Shown: positions 19,795 through 29,443 of the stretch, one piece after another
How the letters are laid out: each line of letters begins with the position of its first letter
How positions within the stretch are numbered: the first letter of the stretch is position 1
NCBI GenBank assembly: GCA_963837955.1
Contig: CAWIPH010000002.1
Span: 4,544,001 to 4,608,000, forward strand
DNA length: 64,000 nt
DNA from: an uncultured Verrucomicrobiae bacterium
Lineage (GTDB): Bacteria > Verrucomicrobiota > Verrucomicrobiia > Chthoniobacterales > JAFAMB01
Reading direction: 5' to 3'
The notes under the pieces: model-generated
Seen by the model: the letters and a program-made list of their open reading frames with translations, nothing else
Told to the model about the DNA's origin: nothing
Databases searched by the model: none
Program-made: the position numbers and the translations under genes

Positions 19795-20379
19795 ATGTTG
19801 GATGTATTCAAAAACCTCGATGTCCTCGGGATTCTACGACTAGGACTGGCAGGGCTGTGCTTTCTGCTGTCCCTTCTGGCCTTCTTTCTAATTTACCGTG
19901 AACAGGGCCGTGAGGGACTGCCGCGAGTCGGTATTATCAGGGCGATTTATACGTTTATGGCCGTTAATCTGGTCACCGCGATCATCGTCGGAACAGTGGG
20001 CCTAGTCACCACGCAGCAAACTAAAAAAGGGAACGACCAACCGACGGAGGTGCCAATCAAAGGACAGCTCGAAGAGCCGCAAGCAAAGGAATATTCGGTA
20101 ATCTTTAAGGGAATGATCGGGATGGCGCAGATAATGGATGGTGGTTTCTTTGAGCAGCAGTGTCCAAAAAATGTTAACGCTGTGATTTTGGAATTCGGCC
20201 GAGCGGGAGTAGCTCCGGAGCAATTCCCGGTCTACCTGGATCAACTTTCTGACAAGCCGCTTATATTTAAACTGGCCCACCCAGCGGAAACAGGCGGTCA
20301 ACGCGTATCGAAGCCCACCATTGATTCTACCCAAATTGCGCCTACCAACGAACAACTACCCCCGCTCCAGATAAAATGA
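19795..20379 (+). CDS. Hypothetical membrane protein (2 TM plus soluble domain)
   Basis: AAGGA RBS, ATG start; stop overlaps the next start. Confidence 0.65.
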   Translation: MLDVFKNLDVLGILRLGLAGLCFLLSLLAFFLIYREQGREGLPRVGIIRAIYTFMAVNLVTAIIVGTVGLVTTQQTKKGNDQPTEVPIKGQLEEPQAKEYSVIFKGMIGMAQIMDGGFFEQQCPKNVNAVILEFGRAGVAPEQFPVYLDQLSDKPLIFKLAHPAETGGQRVSKPTIDSTQIAPTNEQLPPLQIK

Positions 20380-20840
20380 GAATCTTTGTGCGGTTTCTGA
20401 GAGAAAACCTGAGCTGGTGCGCTCGACGTGTAGGTCCATTGGTCGTAGCAGCTTTGCTGATATTTCCGGCGTTGGCGTCTGATTCGACGCAAGTATTAGT
20501 GCTGACTGGCAAGATCGTTAATCCTTCAGGAGAGGCGCTTCCTGGATGTGTTTTATCGGTTGTATCTTCGTTCGGTCGATCTGCTCCGACGTTCTCCCAG
20601 GCCGATGGCTCTTTCCAAGTGGAAATGGCTCTTCCTCCCAGCAGCTCTCCGGTCGCGAGCAGTACTCCGTTTCTCGAAGTGTACTGGAACAAAGAGTTAA
20701 TGTATCGACAGCCAGTCGCTTCGCTTACGATTGAAAGCGCGCTCCCGAAATTTCAAAACGCATCTGGCCCGACCGATTGGGCCAATTTATTACGCGATGG
20801 CGGGAGGGTCGAAGTGAAGCCCATACGATTGGGCCGGTGA
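20376..20840 (+). CDS. Secreted protein with a carboxypeptidase-regulatory-like (prealbumin-fold) domain
   Basis: Signal peptide; LTGKIVNPSGEALPG...DGSF pattern. Confidence 0.65.
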   Translation: MRIFVRFLRENLSWCARRVGPLVVAALLIFPALASDSTQVLVLTGKIVNPSGEALPGCVLSVVSSFGRSAPTFSQADGSFQVEMALPPSSSPVASSTPFLEVYWNKELMYRQPVASLTIESALPKFQNASGPTDWANLLRDGGRVEVKPIRLGR

Positions 20841-21139
20841 GCGCGCGAAGCGCTTTGGAAATGACAGATGACAAATGACAGATTGCAGACGGAAGCGCTC
20901 TGATCGGTAGTCGGTGCTGGGCTGTTTTTGCTTCCTTCTGTTCAAAAATCCGTCTTGGAGTCTTCGTGATCTCTCATCTGCTATCTGATGGCGTCTCCGT
21001 TTCTCCCGTGGATCCGATTCTAAATTCTAGCTTCCAAATTCTAGATTCTGCTCTCCAATCCTTTTGCGCCTTTGCGCCTTTGCGTCTTTGCGTCTTTGCG
21101 TGAGATCATTCCGGCACCTGGCGACCTGATCTTTGACTC

Positions 21140-22072
21140 GTGTGCTGCTATATTCCGGCATTTGTGATCCCAAGGCTCGCGATTGGCTTTTCGATTTTTC
21201 TGTTTTCACTCGGCGTCTGGCGCGCTTCCGGGCAGTCCCAGTACGAGAGCAGTACGGATTTTGCCAAGTATGCGATAAAGTTGCGTGAGAACGGATTTCT
21301 CACGAGTCAGCCAAAACAAAAACTGCAGTTCCCGACCAAGGCTGTTTCGGACGAAGGGCTCCCGCCCGTAAACAGACGTTCTCTCGGCCGAGATGGCGTG
21401 CTTAATGGGAGAACCGGGCGGTACGCGTGGCGACTGAGCATCATGACCACCATCTTTTGGATTGGTGAGCGTCCGAGCACCAATAATCCGGTACCGAACG
21501 ATCGCAGCTCGTGGGATCCAAATTGGTCCTCGAACTACGGCGGTTACGACAGCCCGGATGTAAAGCTGCGAAAAAATTTTATCCCTCTGAATTTTCTGCC
21601 GCGGCAGAATCCCTTCTATGTCGCCCTCCCTTATAATGATGTGGAGGGTGGCCGCACGAAACCCGAAGCTAAAGAAGTGATTCCTTGGTTTAAGGATGCC
21701 TTTGTGCGCGATGGTCAATCCGTTCTGAAAGGGCGCTGGGTCGCGATCCGCCGCGGTAATCGAATTTGTTATGCGCAATGGGAAGATTGCGGACCGTTCT
21801 GCACCGATAATTGGCAATATGTCTTTGGCAACGAACGTCCAAAACCGAATCTGAACCAAAGCGCAGGGCTCGATGTTTCTCCGGCCGTGCGGAGCTACCT
21901 CGGTATTGGCAATATCGACGCCTGTGATTGGAAGTTCGTCGAATTCCGGGAAGTGCCGCCGGGACCCTGGGCGATGTATGGTGATAACAACAAGTTTGTC
22001 ATTCTGCGCCGCCAGAGCAACGAGCGGTTTGAGCAACGGAACCTATTGCTGGCGGCACCGACGGAGAGATAA
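21140..22072 (+). CDS. Secreted hypothetical protein with a probable RlpA/expansin-like double-psi beta-barrel
   Basis: Signal-like N-terminus; FYVALPY, WEDCGP, GLDVSPA motifs; start uncertain. Confidence 0.7.
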   Translation: MCCYIPAFVIPRLAIGFSIFLFSLGVWRASGQSQYESSTDFAKYAIKLRENGFLTSQPKQKLQFPTKAVSDEGLPPVNRRSLGRDGVLNGRTGRYAWRLSIMTTIFWIGERPSTNNPVPNDRSSWDPNWSSNYGGYDSPDVKLRKNFIPLNFLPRQNPFYVALPYNDVEGGRTKPEAKEVIPWFKDAFVRDGQSVLKGRWVAIRRGNRICYAQWEDCGPFCTDNWQYVFGNERPKPNLNQSAGLDVSPAVRSYLGIGNIDACDWKFVEFREVPPGPWAMYGDNNKFVILRRQSNERFEQRNLLLAAPTER

Positions 22073-22197
22073 CGCCGATAACGCCGACAGCGCCGGGAAC
22101 GGGCGTCGGGACTTGGTGCCAGCACCCGATTTTCGTTGAGACCGCACCTGCATAGCGCTACCCTTTCTTGTCACACTCGGTTTCCCAGGAGGCCGAC

Positions 22198-23574
22198 ATG
22201 ATCACGTTTAGTCCACCGCAGATTGTCTCCTTCCCTTCGACTCCGCTCGGCCCGCAGATGTTGTTGGTGGTACGAACCTTCTCGCAAGATCATACCGGGT
22301 TTGCGGCGGCTTTTTGGAAAGATGACAACGTCCTCGCTGGCAACGGCAATGCCTGGAGTGACTGGCAGTTCTGGGAACTCGGCCAACAGCCGCCGCAGGA
22401 TTGGAATCCGCCGGCCGATTGGACGGGCTTCCACCTTGAGCCAGGGCCGATTCCTCCGGCTCCTGCATGGCCGCTGGTCGGCTATATCGATCCGGACCAG
22501 GTGTTTCGCGCGAACGGCTTCTTTGCGTTCGAAGGCGCCGTGCGTACCGCCGTGGTCGGTCAACCGTGGTGGCAAATCCCGACGGCCGATGTAGCGTTCG
22601 ACGTTTTTCGGAACGATTTCCTGCCGCGCGTCGGCGCTGCCTGGAAGGAGGGCCCACGCAACCGTCTCAACATTTTTGGATCAGCCGCCCTCGGGGCAGC
22701 TCCACTGAGGGAGCTGTGGTGGGACGGCGCACGGTGGAACTGGACCGACCATGACCGCGGCCCAAACGGGGACGCACTCGGGCCATCGAGTTTGGTTTTC
22801 CCCAAGACGTCTAACGCCTATCTCTTCGGCGTGACTGCCCCAAAAGACAATATACAATTGTTGGCGTATCGCCCGGGGGCGGGCTGGGACTTTGCAGGCG
22901 GCTTCCAAGGTCCCGACGGCACTGCGGACCTCCGCGCGCCCGTCGCGCTTTTCTATGACGACGACCGCGGGACTAATGTGCACGCTTTCACCGTTGGCAG
23001 GTTGGGCAACGGTGAATATCATCTGTTCCAGACGCATCAGCTGTTTGGTTCCGACTGGGAAGCCTGGGTAGATTTCGGAACGCCGCCGGATGAGCCAATC
23101 TCCGTGTGTCAGGACCTGCCGCCCGATATCGGCGTCGATGTCCGCACCCAATTCCTTGCGGGTGACCCATTCACCATGACATCTGCTTGCGTGTGGCAAG
23201 ACGATCAAGGCTTGCATATCCATCTCTTTGGCTACAGCGACATCGTACCGCAGCTCGATCCCCGGGTCGGCCGTGGCAGCCTGGTGCATTTCTCGTGGCA
23301 AGGCGGAGACTGGCGGAACGGGCATTGGGGTTGGGAAGCCACTACCCGACCGGTCGAATGTCTGAACGTCGCTACGAATTCCGGACCGGCGAGGCTTCCG
23401 ACCACTTTCCAGACGACTAGCTCGGCGGTCTATCAAGGTCAGACCAGAGACGGGCAAGCACGGCAACGCGTCAGCGCCGTCGGCTTCACGGGTCCGGGTC
23501 AGCAAGGAACCGTATGGGAATACGTGATGGACACGACGGTCGATCAAGATTTCCATTGGTCGCAATTCGCGTAA
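22198..23574 (+). CDS. Trp-rich hypothetical protein, probable lectin-like beta-propeller
   Basis: AGGAGG RBS before ATG 22198; repeated units such as LRELWWDGARWNW and LVHFSWQGGDW. Confidence 0.65.
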   Translation: MITFSPPQIVSFPSTPLGPQMLLVVRTFSQDHTGFAAAFWKDDNVLAGNGNAWSDWQFWELGQQPPQDWNPPADWTGFHLEPGPIPPAPAWPLVGYIDPDQVFRANGFFAFEGAVRTAVVGQPWWQIPTADVAFDVFRNDFLPRVGAAWKEGPRNRLNIFGSAALGAAPLRELWWDGARWNWTDHDRGPNGDALGPSSLVFPKTSNAYLFGVTAPKDNIQLLAYRPGAGWDFAGGFQGPDGTADLRAPVALFYDDDRGTNVHAFTVGRLGNGEYHLFQTHQLFGSDWEAWVDFGTPPDEPISVCQDLPPDIGVDVRTQFLAGDPFTMTSACVWQDDQGLHIHLFGYSDIVPQLDPRVGRGSLVHFSWQGGDWRNGHWGWEATTRPVECLNVATNSGPARLPTTFQTTSSAVYQGQTRDGQARQRVSAVGFTGPGQQGTVWEYVMDTTVDQDFHWSQFA

Positions 23575-23747
23575 TCTAGCTCAGCGCTAGCAAAGCCATC
23601 GCATACGGCCTGCGAAGCGCATGGCAAATGACCAATCGCTACGGGGAGGAAGCCGGAATGATCTCACGCAAAGACGCCAAGACGCAAAGAGGGAACAAGG
23701 CAAGTGATTGGTGAACGGAGCACGAGTGCACGGTAGGGTTGAGCTCT

Positions 23748-24103
23748 TGGATCCTAAATACTGAATCCTAACTCCTCTCTTGCTTCACAGAAGATCGCAA
23801 AGACCACGAAGATTTTTTTTGAACAGAAGGTAGCAAAGGCTTCGACCTGAGCTCAGCCGAACGGGAAGCAAAGGGCCTTCGACCTGGACGTGAGCTCGGT
23901 CGAACGGTGGAATTCTCTGTGCTCTTTGTGTTCCTTGGCCGACGAAGCTTTTGCCGTAGTTGGAAGTCTAAAAAAAAAGTCAGCGAACTTGGAATCTTGG
24001 CGAAGTCTGCTTTTGCGGCTATTTACCGCTTTTCTGCTCACTGCTGACCCAATCACCAATCACCTCTCACTTTTCACGTCCCCCCTTTGCGACTTTGCGT
24101 GAG
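23748..24103. repeat. ~360-bp composite repeat block; inverted copy at 48383-48757
   Basis: Same module order and shared unique linker sequences on opposite strands. Confidence 0.85.
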
Positions 24104-24123
24104 GTATTTTCCGGCCGAGCAGG

Positions 24124-24185
24124 CGTGTCCGACGAAGCATCCACCAGGTGGTGATACGATTTTCAACTAACTTCGCGAAGTCGGA
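24124..24185 (-). mobile_element. Hairpin micro-element (62 bp) inserted in a GGTAGGGCTGAGCT|CCTGCTCGGCCGG repeat
   Basis: Excision restores the empty site seen at ~4027-4053. Confidence 0.7.
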
Positions 24186-24217
24186 AGCTCAGCCCTACCG
24201 CGTCTTGGCGTGAGATT

Positions 24218-24838
24218 CTACGCCTGCTCGGCGTTGGGTTTTTTGAGCCAAAATTTCTTCACGAGCCGAGCGCTTTCCAGGGCGATAAGCAGGAAGAGCA
24301 ACCATCGAGAGATGTACCAGTGTCCTTTGCCGGCGATCGATTGATGGTAGATCAAGACAATCGCCGCTACGTAAGCCAGCCGGTGAAGGAGTTTCCATCT
24401 CTTCCCTCCCAGTTTCCGCACTGACCAGTTGTTGCTCGTCGATGCGAGTACCACCAGGATACTGAGCCCCGTCAAACCAAACCAGGTAAACGGTTTGGTA
24501 AAACTTTGCAGTAGATCCTCCCAATCGCCCTGGTAGAGCACATGACACGAGAAATGGATCAGACCGTAAATGCAGGCTGACACACCGATGTAGCGGCGAT
24601 GCCGGTTGAGCGCATTAACGATAGCCGAACGCGGAAAGAGTACCCGCAGAGGAGTCAGACTCAAGACCGCGCCCAAAGTCCAGATCGCAATCTCGCCGGA
24701 CACGTGGAGCAGCCGTTCAACTGGATTTGCACCAAGCTGATTGGTGATGACCGGAATGATAATGAAACAGACCCCGATCCCAATAAGAATGACGAGCGCG
24801 GCAATTTTGCTCGCGAGAATCCTGGCGAAGAGGTTCAT
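24218..24838 (-). CDS. msrQ: Methionine-sulfoxide reductase heme-binding membrane subunit
   Basis: RRYIG, H ligands, WKLLHRLAY; lies downstream of msrP. Confidence 0.88.
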   Translation of the reverse strand: MNLFARILASKIAALVILIGIGVCFIIIPVITNQLGANPVERLLHVSGEIAIWTLGAVLSLTPLRVLFPRSAIVNALNRHRRYIGVSACIYGLIHFSCHVLYQGDWEDLLQSFTKPFTWFGLTGLSILVVLASTSNNWSVRKLGGKRWKLLHRLAYVAAIVLIYHQSIAGKGHWYISRWLLFLLIALESARLVKKFWLKKPNAEQA

Positions 24839-24859
24839 GCCCAGGTTGATTTCCGCGAA

Positions 24860-25822
24860 TCAGAAATTTTCCCGAAGATCCAATCCGACGTAGAGGCCGG
24901 CGACCTCCTTTTCGTACCCGTTGAATTTCAGAGTTGGTTGTCTCCCCCCGAAGAAGCCGGCGCCGATGACCCGCTCCGTTTTCTGGCTCCAGCGGGGATG
25001 ATCAACTTCCGGGTTCACGTTCGCGTAGAATCCGTACTCATTCGGCGCCATCTGGTTCCAAAGAGTCTTCGGCTGTTCGGCCACGAAATCGATTCGCACC
25101 AGCGATTTAGCTCCTTTGAACCCGTACTTCCAAGGAACAACCAAACGGATGGGCGCCCCGTTCTGGTTCAGCAACGGCTTGCCATAGATGCCTGTCGCCA
25201 GGAAAGCCAACTCATGGTTCGCTTCCGGCAACGTCAGGCCCTCAGTGTACGGCCACGAGAAATCCTGCGAGCGCTGACCTGGACAGTTTTTCGAGTCCAT
25301 GAAGGAGGTGAACTGCAGGTACTTCGCTTCGGGTTTAGGCCCAGCCATAGCTACCAATTTGGCGAGGGCGATTCCATCCCACGGTATCACCATCGACCAT
25401 GCTTCCACACACCGGTGCCGGTAATTGCGCTGCTCGATTCCGCCGGCGGCTTTGACCAAGTCGTTGACATCATAGGTGGCGGGTTTTGCGCATAAACCGC
25501 CGATCTCGATCGTCCAAGGTTCGGTCTTCCAGCCGCGGTTGGCATTGGCTTTGGGATCGCCCTTTTCCAGCCCCCACTCGTAAAAATTATTATAGCCGGT
25601 GATGTCGTCGTAGGACGTGAGTTTAATTCCGGGCAATTTGTAGCTCGCATTCAGCACGTCAGGAAACCCGGAGATCGCAGCGCGGACCACCGCCGGGAAC
25701 AAAGTGCCGGCCGCCAGTCCCAGGCCGCAGGTTCGCAGAAATTGGCGCCGCCCCAGATACCGGGACTCAGGAGTAACGGCGGAATCGGGCAACTGCCAGG
25801 AATGTTTCTTTGGGATATGCAC
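24860..25822 (-). CDS. msrP: Methionine-sulfoxide reductase molybdopterin catalytic subunit
   Basis: RRQFL Tat motif, YNNFYEW, RHRCVEAWSMVIPW, PWKYGFKGAKS, HPRWSQ; likely GTG start at 25822. Confidence 0.95.
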   Translation of the reverse strand: MHIPKKHSWQLPDSAVTPESRYLGRRQFLRTCGLGLAAGTLFPAVVRAAISGFPDVLNASYKLPGIKLTSYDDITGYNNFYEWGLEKGDPKANANRGWKTEPWTIEIGGLCAKPATYDVNDLVKAAGGIEQRNYRHRCVEAWSMVIPWDGIALAKLVAMAGPKPEAKYLQFTSFMDSKNCPGQRSQDFSWPYTEGLTLPEANHELAFLATGIYGKPLLNQNGAPIRLVVPWKYGFKGAKSLVRIDFVAEQPKTLWNQMAPNEYGFYANVNPEVDHPRWSQKTERVIGAGFFGGRQPTLKFNGYEKEVAGLYVGLDLRENF

Positions 25823-26216
25823 TGCGAAGGCGGAGCGCATGACAGATGACAGATGACTGGAAGGAAGGAAATCAGCAAATAGCAAATAGCAAATAGCAAA
25901 TAGCAAATACGCAGAGAGAATAGAATCGCAGATCGCAGATGCAGATCACTAAATCTCGCGCTCAGAGGAGGCAGTGAAAAGTGATTGGTTATCGGTGAAA
26001 GGAGCGAGTCTATTCGCGTACATTCGTGGTTGCTAAATTCCACCAGGTCGGAGGCCTTTTATTTCCTTCTGTGCCAAAATCCGCACTTTGCGTCTTTGCG
26101 TGAGATTATTCCGGCCGAAGCTCAGCCCTGCCGCACGTGGCTCCGTTCACCAATCACCAATCACTTCCGCTGTTCCCTCTTTGCGTCTTGGCGCCTTTGC
26201 GTGAGATCATTCCGGC

Positions 26217-27296
26217 ATGGCATTCTCTTTCGGATTAATCGGCGCTGGCTGGCGTAGCGAATTTTACCTGCGAATCGCTCGCGATCTTCCGGAGCAGTTT
26301 CCGCTTGTGGGGGTCGTGGTTCGCAATCCCGAAAAACGAGCGCGGCTCGCGAGCGACTGGTCCGTCCCGGTATTTGGCACCGCGGAGGAATTGCTGACCG
26401 AGGGGCGTCCGGACTTTGTGGTAACCTCCGTTTCGTGGATAGCCAATCTCCCGTTGTTGGAGTTTTTCTCGAAACGTGTTGTCCCAATTCTTTCCGAGAC
26501 GCCAATTGGAACTGAGCTTTCTGATCTCCATCGGGTCAGCGATCTGGTAAGCGCAGGAGCGCGGATCCAGGTGGCCGAACAATATCTCTTTCAGCCGCTT
26601 CACGCGGCGCGACTGGCGCTTGTCCGCGCCGGTCGCCTGGGAACGGTTTATGAAGCCGATGTATCGATTGCCCACGGCTACCACGGTGTAAGCTTGCTCC
26701 GCCATTTTCTTCAAGTGGGCTTTCGGTTGCCGCGGGTCAGCGCGCGTCGCTTTGCTTCGCAGGTCGTGAACGGTCCCGATCGGGGAGGCGTACCAACAGA
26801 ACGAAGAATCATTGAGTCGGAAAGGACCATTGCCCAGCTTGACTATGGAGATCGGCTCGGAATTTTTGATTTTACCGGAGACCAATATTTTTCATGGATC
26901 CGTTCTCCTCGGCTTCTCGTGCGGGGCGAGGAAGGGGAGATAAATCAAACGACGGTCCGGCTGCTGCATAATGTTTACACACCGTTTCAATTTGACTTGG
27001 TTCGGCGCGACGCGGGACATAGCGGCAACTTGGAGGGTTACGCTCATCAGGCGATCTGCGGTGGAGGCGAAATTCTCTACCAGAACCCGTTTCCCGGTAT
27101 GCGGTGGAGCGATGATGAAATCGCTGTGGCGACTTCACTCTCGAAAATGGCGAGCTACATCGCCAACGGTGAACCCTTCTATAGTGTGGCTGAGGCTTGT
27201 CATGACCGTTATCTCGATCTTTTGATCGCCGAATCCGTCGCGAGTGGTCGGGAGGCTTCTGGGAAGCCGCAGCCTTGGATGGGGCGAAGCGCATGA
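26217..27296 (+). CDS. Gfo/Idh/MocA family oxidoreductase
   Basis: GLIGAGWR Rossmann motif; ILSETP variant of the EKP motif. Confidence 0.88.
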   Translation: MAFSFGLIGAGWRSEFYLRIARDLPEQFPLVGVVVRNPEKRARLASDWSVPVFGTAEELLTEGRPDFVVTSVSWIANLPLLEFFSKRVVPILSETPIGTELSDLHRVSDLVSAGARIQVAEQYLFQPLHAARLALVRAGRLGTVYEADVSIAHGYHGVSLLRHFLQVGFRLPRVSARRFASQVVNGPDRGGVPTERRIIESERTIAQLDYGDRLGIFDFTGDQYFSWIRSPRLLVRGEEGEINQTTVRLLHNVYTPFQFDLVRRDAGHSGNLEGYAHQAICGGGEILYQNPFPGMRWSDDEIAVATSLSKMASYIANGEPFYSVAEACHDRYLDLLIAESVASGREASGKPQPWMGRSA

Positions 27297-27808
27297 CAGA
27301 TGAAGATGAAGTGGGCCGATGGGACGAATGGGTCTAATGGGGCCAATGGGGTGGCGTCTAAAACAGCGCTGTGCCGGCGAGGCGCGCGACAGACTACGGA
27401 TAAACGCCGACAGCGCCGAGAACGCCGGGAACGGGATTGCGGAATACGGGAGGATTACGGAAAAGCAGCTGAACAAAAGCTAACGGAGGAACAGAATTTA
27501 GAAGAGGGTACCCCCTTTGCTGCCTTTGCTACCTTCTGTTCAAAATATCTTTGTGGGCTTTGGAACCTTCTCTGAAATAATACTCGGAGGGTCTTTCTCT
27601 TTGAAAAAAGACTTTGTTTCCTTTGCTGCGTTTTGTTTATGGGTTTAGTAGGTCCTCCTTCGTTCCCCCACCACCCACGACTCGGCGCACAAGCGATCCG
27701 ATAAACGGTAGTTAGAGAACGCGAAGAGGAAAAAATCCCCCAGCCCCCACCCGTGCCACACTAACATGCACGAACAACCTAGAGCCAACTTGGAGTAACC
27801 CCTGGCGT

Positions 27809-28426
27809 ATGACTTGGTTGCTGATTGTTGTTCTCTGTTACCTCATTGGTTCGATCCCATGGGGATATCTTTTGGCACGAGCACAAGGACTTGATATTCG
27901 ACGGCATGGAAGCGGGAACATCGGAGCGGCCAACGTAGTCCGAGTGATGGGCAAGAAATGGGGTTACCTGGTTTTTCTTTGCGATTTTTTTAAAGGTTTT
28001 CTGTCGGTGAAACTCGGTTTCCTGATTGCTGGATATTTCCTGGTCAATCCTGTTCTGGGAAGCGTCATCGCCGCGATCGCATGCGTCTTAGGGCACGACT
28101 TCCCCGTCTGGCTTGGTTTCAAAGGGGGCAAGGGTATCGCCACTTTGGCCGGAACGATTCTTGGCCTATTCCCGCCTCTGGTGTTTGTTTCATTTGGGGT
28201 GGTCTGGATTGCGGTCTTTTTTATCGGCCGATACACGTCATTGGCTTCGATGAGTGCGGCTGTCGCTCTGCCGATTGCGGTCTTCCTGATCGTTGCGAGG
28301 ACCGAACCCGATTTTCCGTTATTGGTTGGATTTGCCGTTTTAATGGCGGCCTTAGCGATCTGGCTGCATCGCAGTAACATCGTGCGGCTGCTGAACGGGA
28401 CGGAGAACCGGTTTAGAAGGAAATAA
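27809..28426 (+). CDS. plsY: Glycerol-3-phosphate 1-O-acyltransferase
   Basis: GSGNIGAAN, DFFKG, GH...FKGGKGIAT, HRSNI.RL..G.E motifs. Confidence 0.95.
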   Translation: MTWLLIVVLCYLIGSIPWGYLLARAQGLDIRRHGSGNIGAANVVRVMGKKWGYLVFLCDFFKGFLSVKLGFLIAGYFLVNPVLGSVIAAIACVLGHDFPVWLGFKGGKGIATLAGTILGLFPPLVFVSFGVVWIAVFFIGRYTSLASMSAAVALPIAVFLIVARTEPDFPLLVGFAVLMAALAIWLHRSNIVRLLNGTENRFRRK

Positions 28427-28483
28427 GCGCCGTTTTCCGAGGAGTTATGCCAGCGTTGCCGGCGCGATCAACCCCTCTAATGA

Positions 28484-29308
28484 CTAGCGGCGCCCGGCGA
28501 TTCCGCGCTGCACTTGTGCGTCGTACACGAGCCGTTTGATAAACATCGGGAGGAACGCGATTGCCGTCATCGCTAAATTCACCATAGCGCCAGGGATCAC
28601 TCTGGCGCGGTCTTTTGTTGCGGCCTTCAAAGCTTGTCGAACGACTTCTTGGACAGGCACGACAAAAGAGTCCGGAGCGGTGTGCCTCTCCCGCTCACCT
28701 GTGCGGGTGGCAAGTGATAGATATTCTGTTGAAACAGGTCCTGGACATACCGCTGTAACGGATATGTTGGACGAACGCAGCTCGGCTCGAAGGGCCTCGC
28801 TAAAACTGGTCACATACGCTTTCGTCGCTGCATACACCGCACTGTTAGGCAAAGGAAGCAAGCTGGCGATCGAACTCACATTGAGGATCGCGCCGTATCT
28901 GGCCTTTCTCATGGCGGGTAGAATTCTGAAAGTCAGGTAGGTCAACGCGTACACGTTAACCTGCAGCATGGAGTTAACCCGCTCCCATTCGCTGTCGGCG
29001 AACGGTCCATGGTCACCCAGTCCAGCGTTGTTAATCAAAAGATCGACGGCCAGACCGCTTTCATCCAGCCAATCGCAGAAACGTTCCAGCTCGCCATTGT
29101 CGCGAAGGTCAATGGCGCGACTGAACAGCTGCAGTTTGGGATTGATCGCCTGAAGTTCCGATTTGAGTGTCTCCAAGCGATCGTTGCGACGAGCCACCAG
29201 GACCATCGTACTCACCATCGGGGCGAGTTGCCGCGCAAACTCGTAACCGATCCCGGCGGACGCTCCGGTGATCAGGGCCGTGCGCTCGGTGAAATAGCTG
29301 CTGTCCAT
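28484..29308 (-). CDS. SDR family oxidoreductase
   Basis: TGASAGIG, NNAG, YAATK; likely start at 29308. Confidence 0.93.
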   Translation of the reverse strand: MDSSYFTERTALITGASAGIGYEFARQLAPMVSTMVLVARRNDRLETLKSELQAINPKLQLFSRAIDLRDNGELERFCDWLDESGLAVDLLINNAGLGDHGPFADSEWERVNSMLQVNVYALTYLTFRILPAMRKARYGAILNVSSIASLLPLPNSAVYAATKAYVTSFSEALRAELRSSNISVTAVCPGPVSTEYLSLATRTGERERHTAPDSFVVPVQEVVRQALKAATKDRARVIPGAMVNLAMTAIAFLPMFIKRLVYDAQVQRGIAGRR

Positions 29309-29443
29309 AGCGGCGAAGCGCATGAGACGCTACAAATGGCGGGGAAGAGGCAAATAGCAAATAGCAAATAGCAAATAGCAGATCACCGGCGTTCCCGGCG
29401 CTACCGGCGTTTGACTGAGTCGCTGCGCCCGAAACCCACGGTA

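Noticed and set aside
16277..23574. Integron cassette array
   Set aside because: Genes lie in mixed orientations, I could not identify attC sites with RYYYAAC/GTTRRRY ends, and no integrase is present.
25823..25906. N-terminal extensions in the ORF track for msrP, moaD, SDR, polyol dehydrogenase, KS, serine hydrolase and antitoxin
   Set aside because: They run through repeats or upstream genes; family homology or an RBS points to downstream starts.
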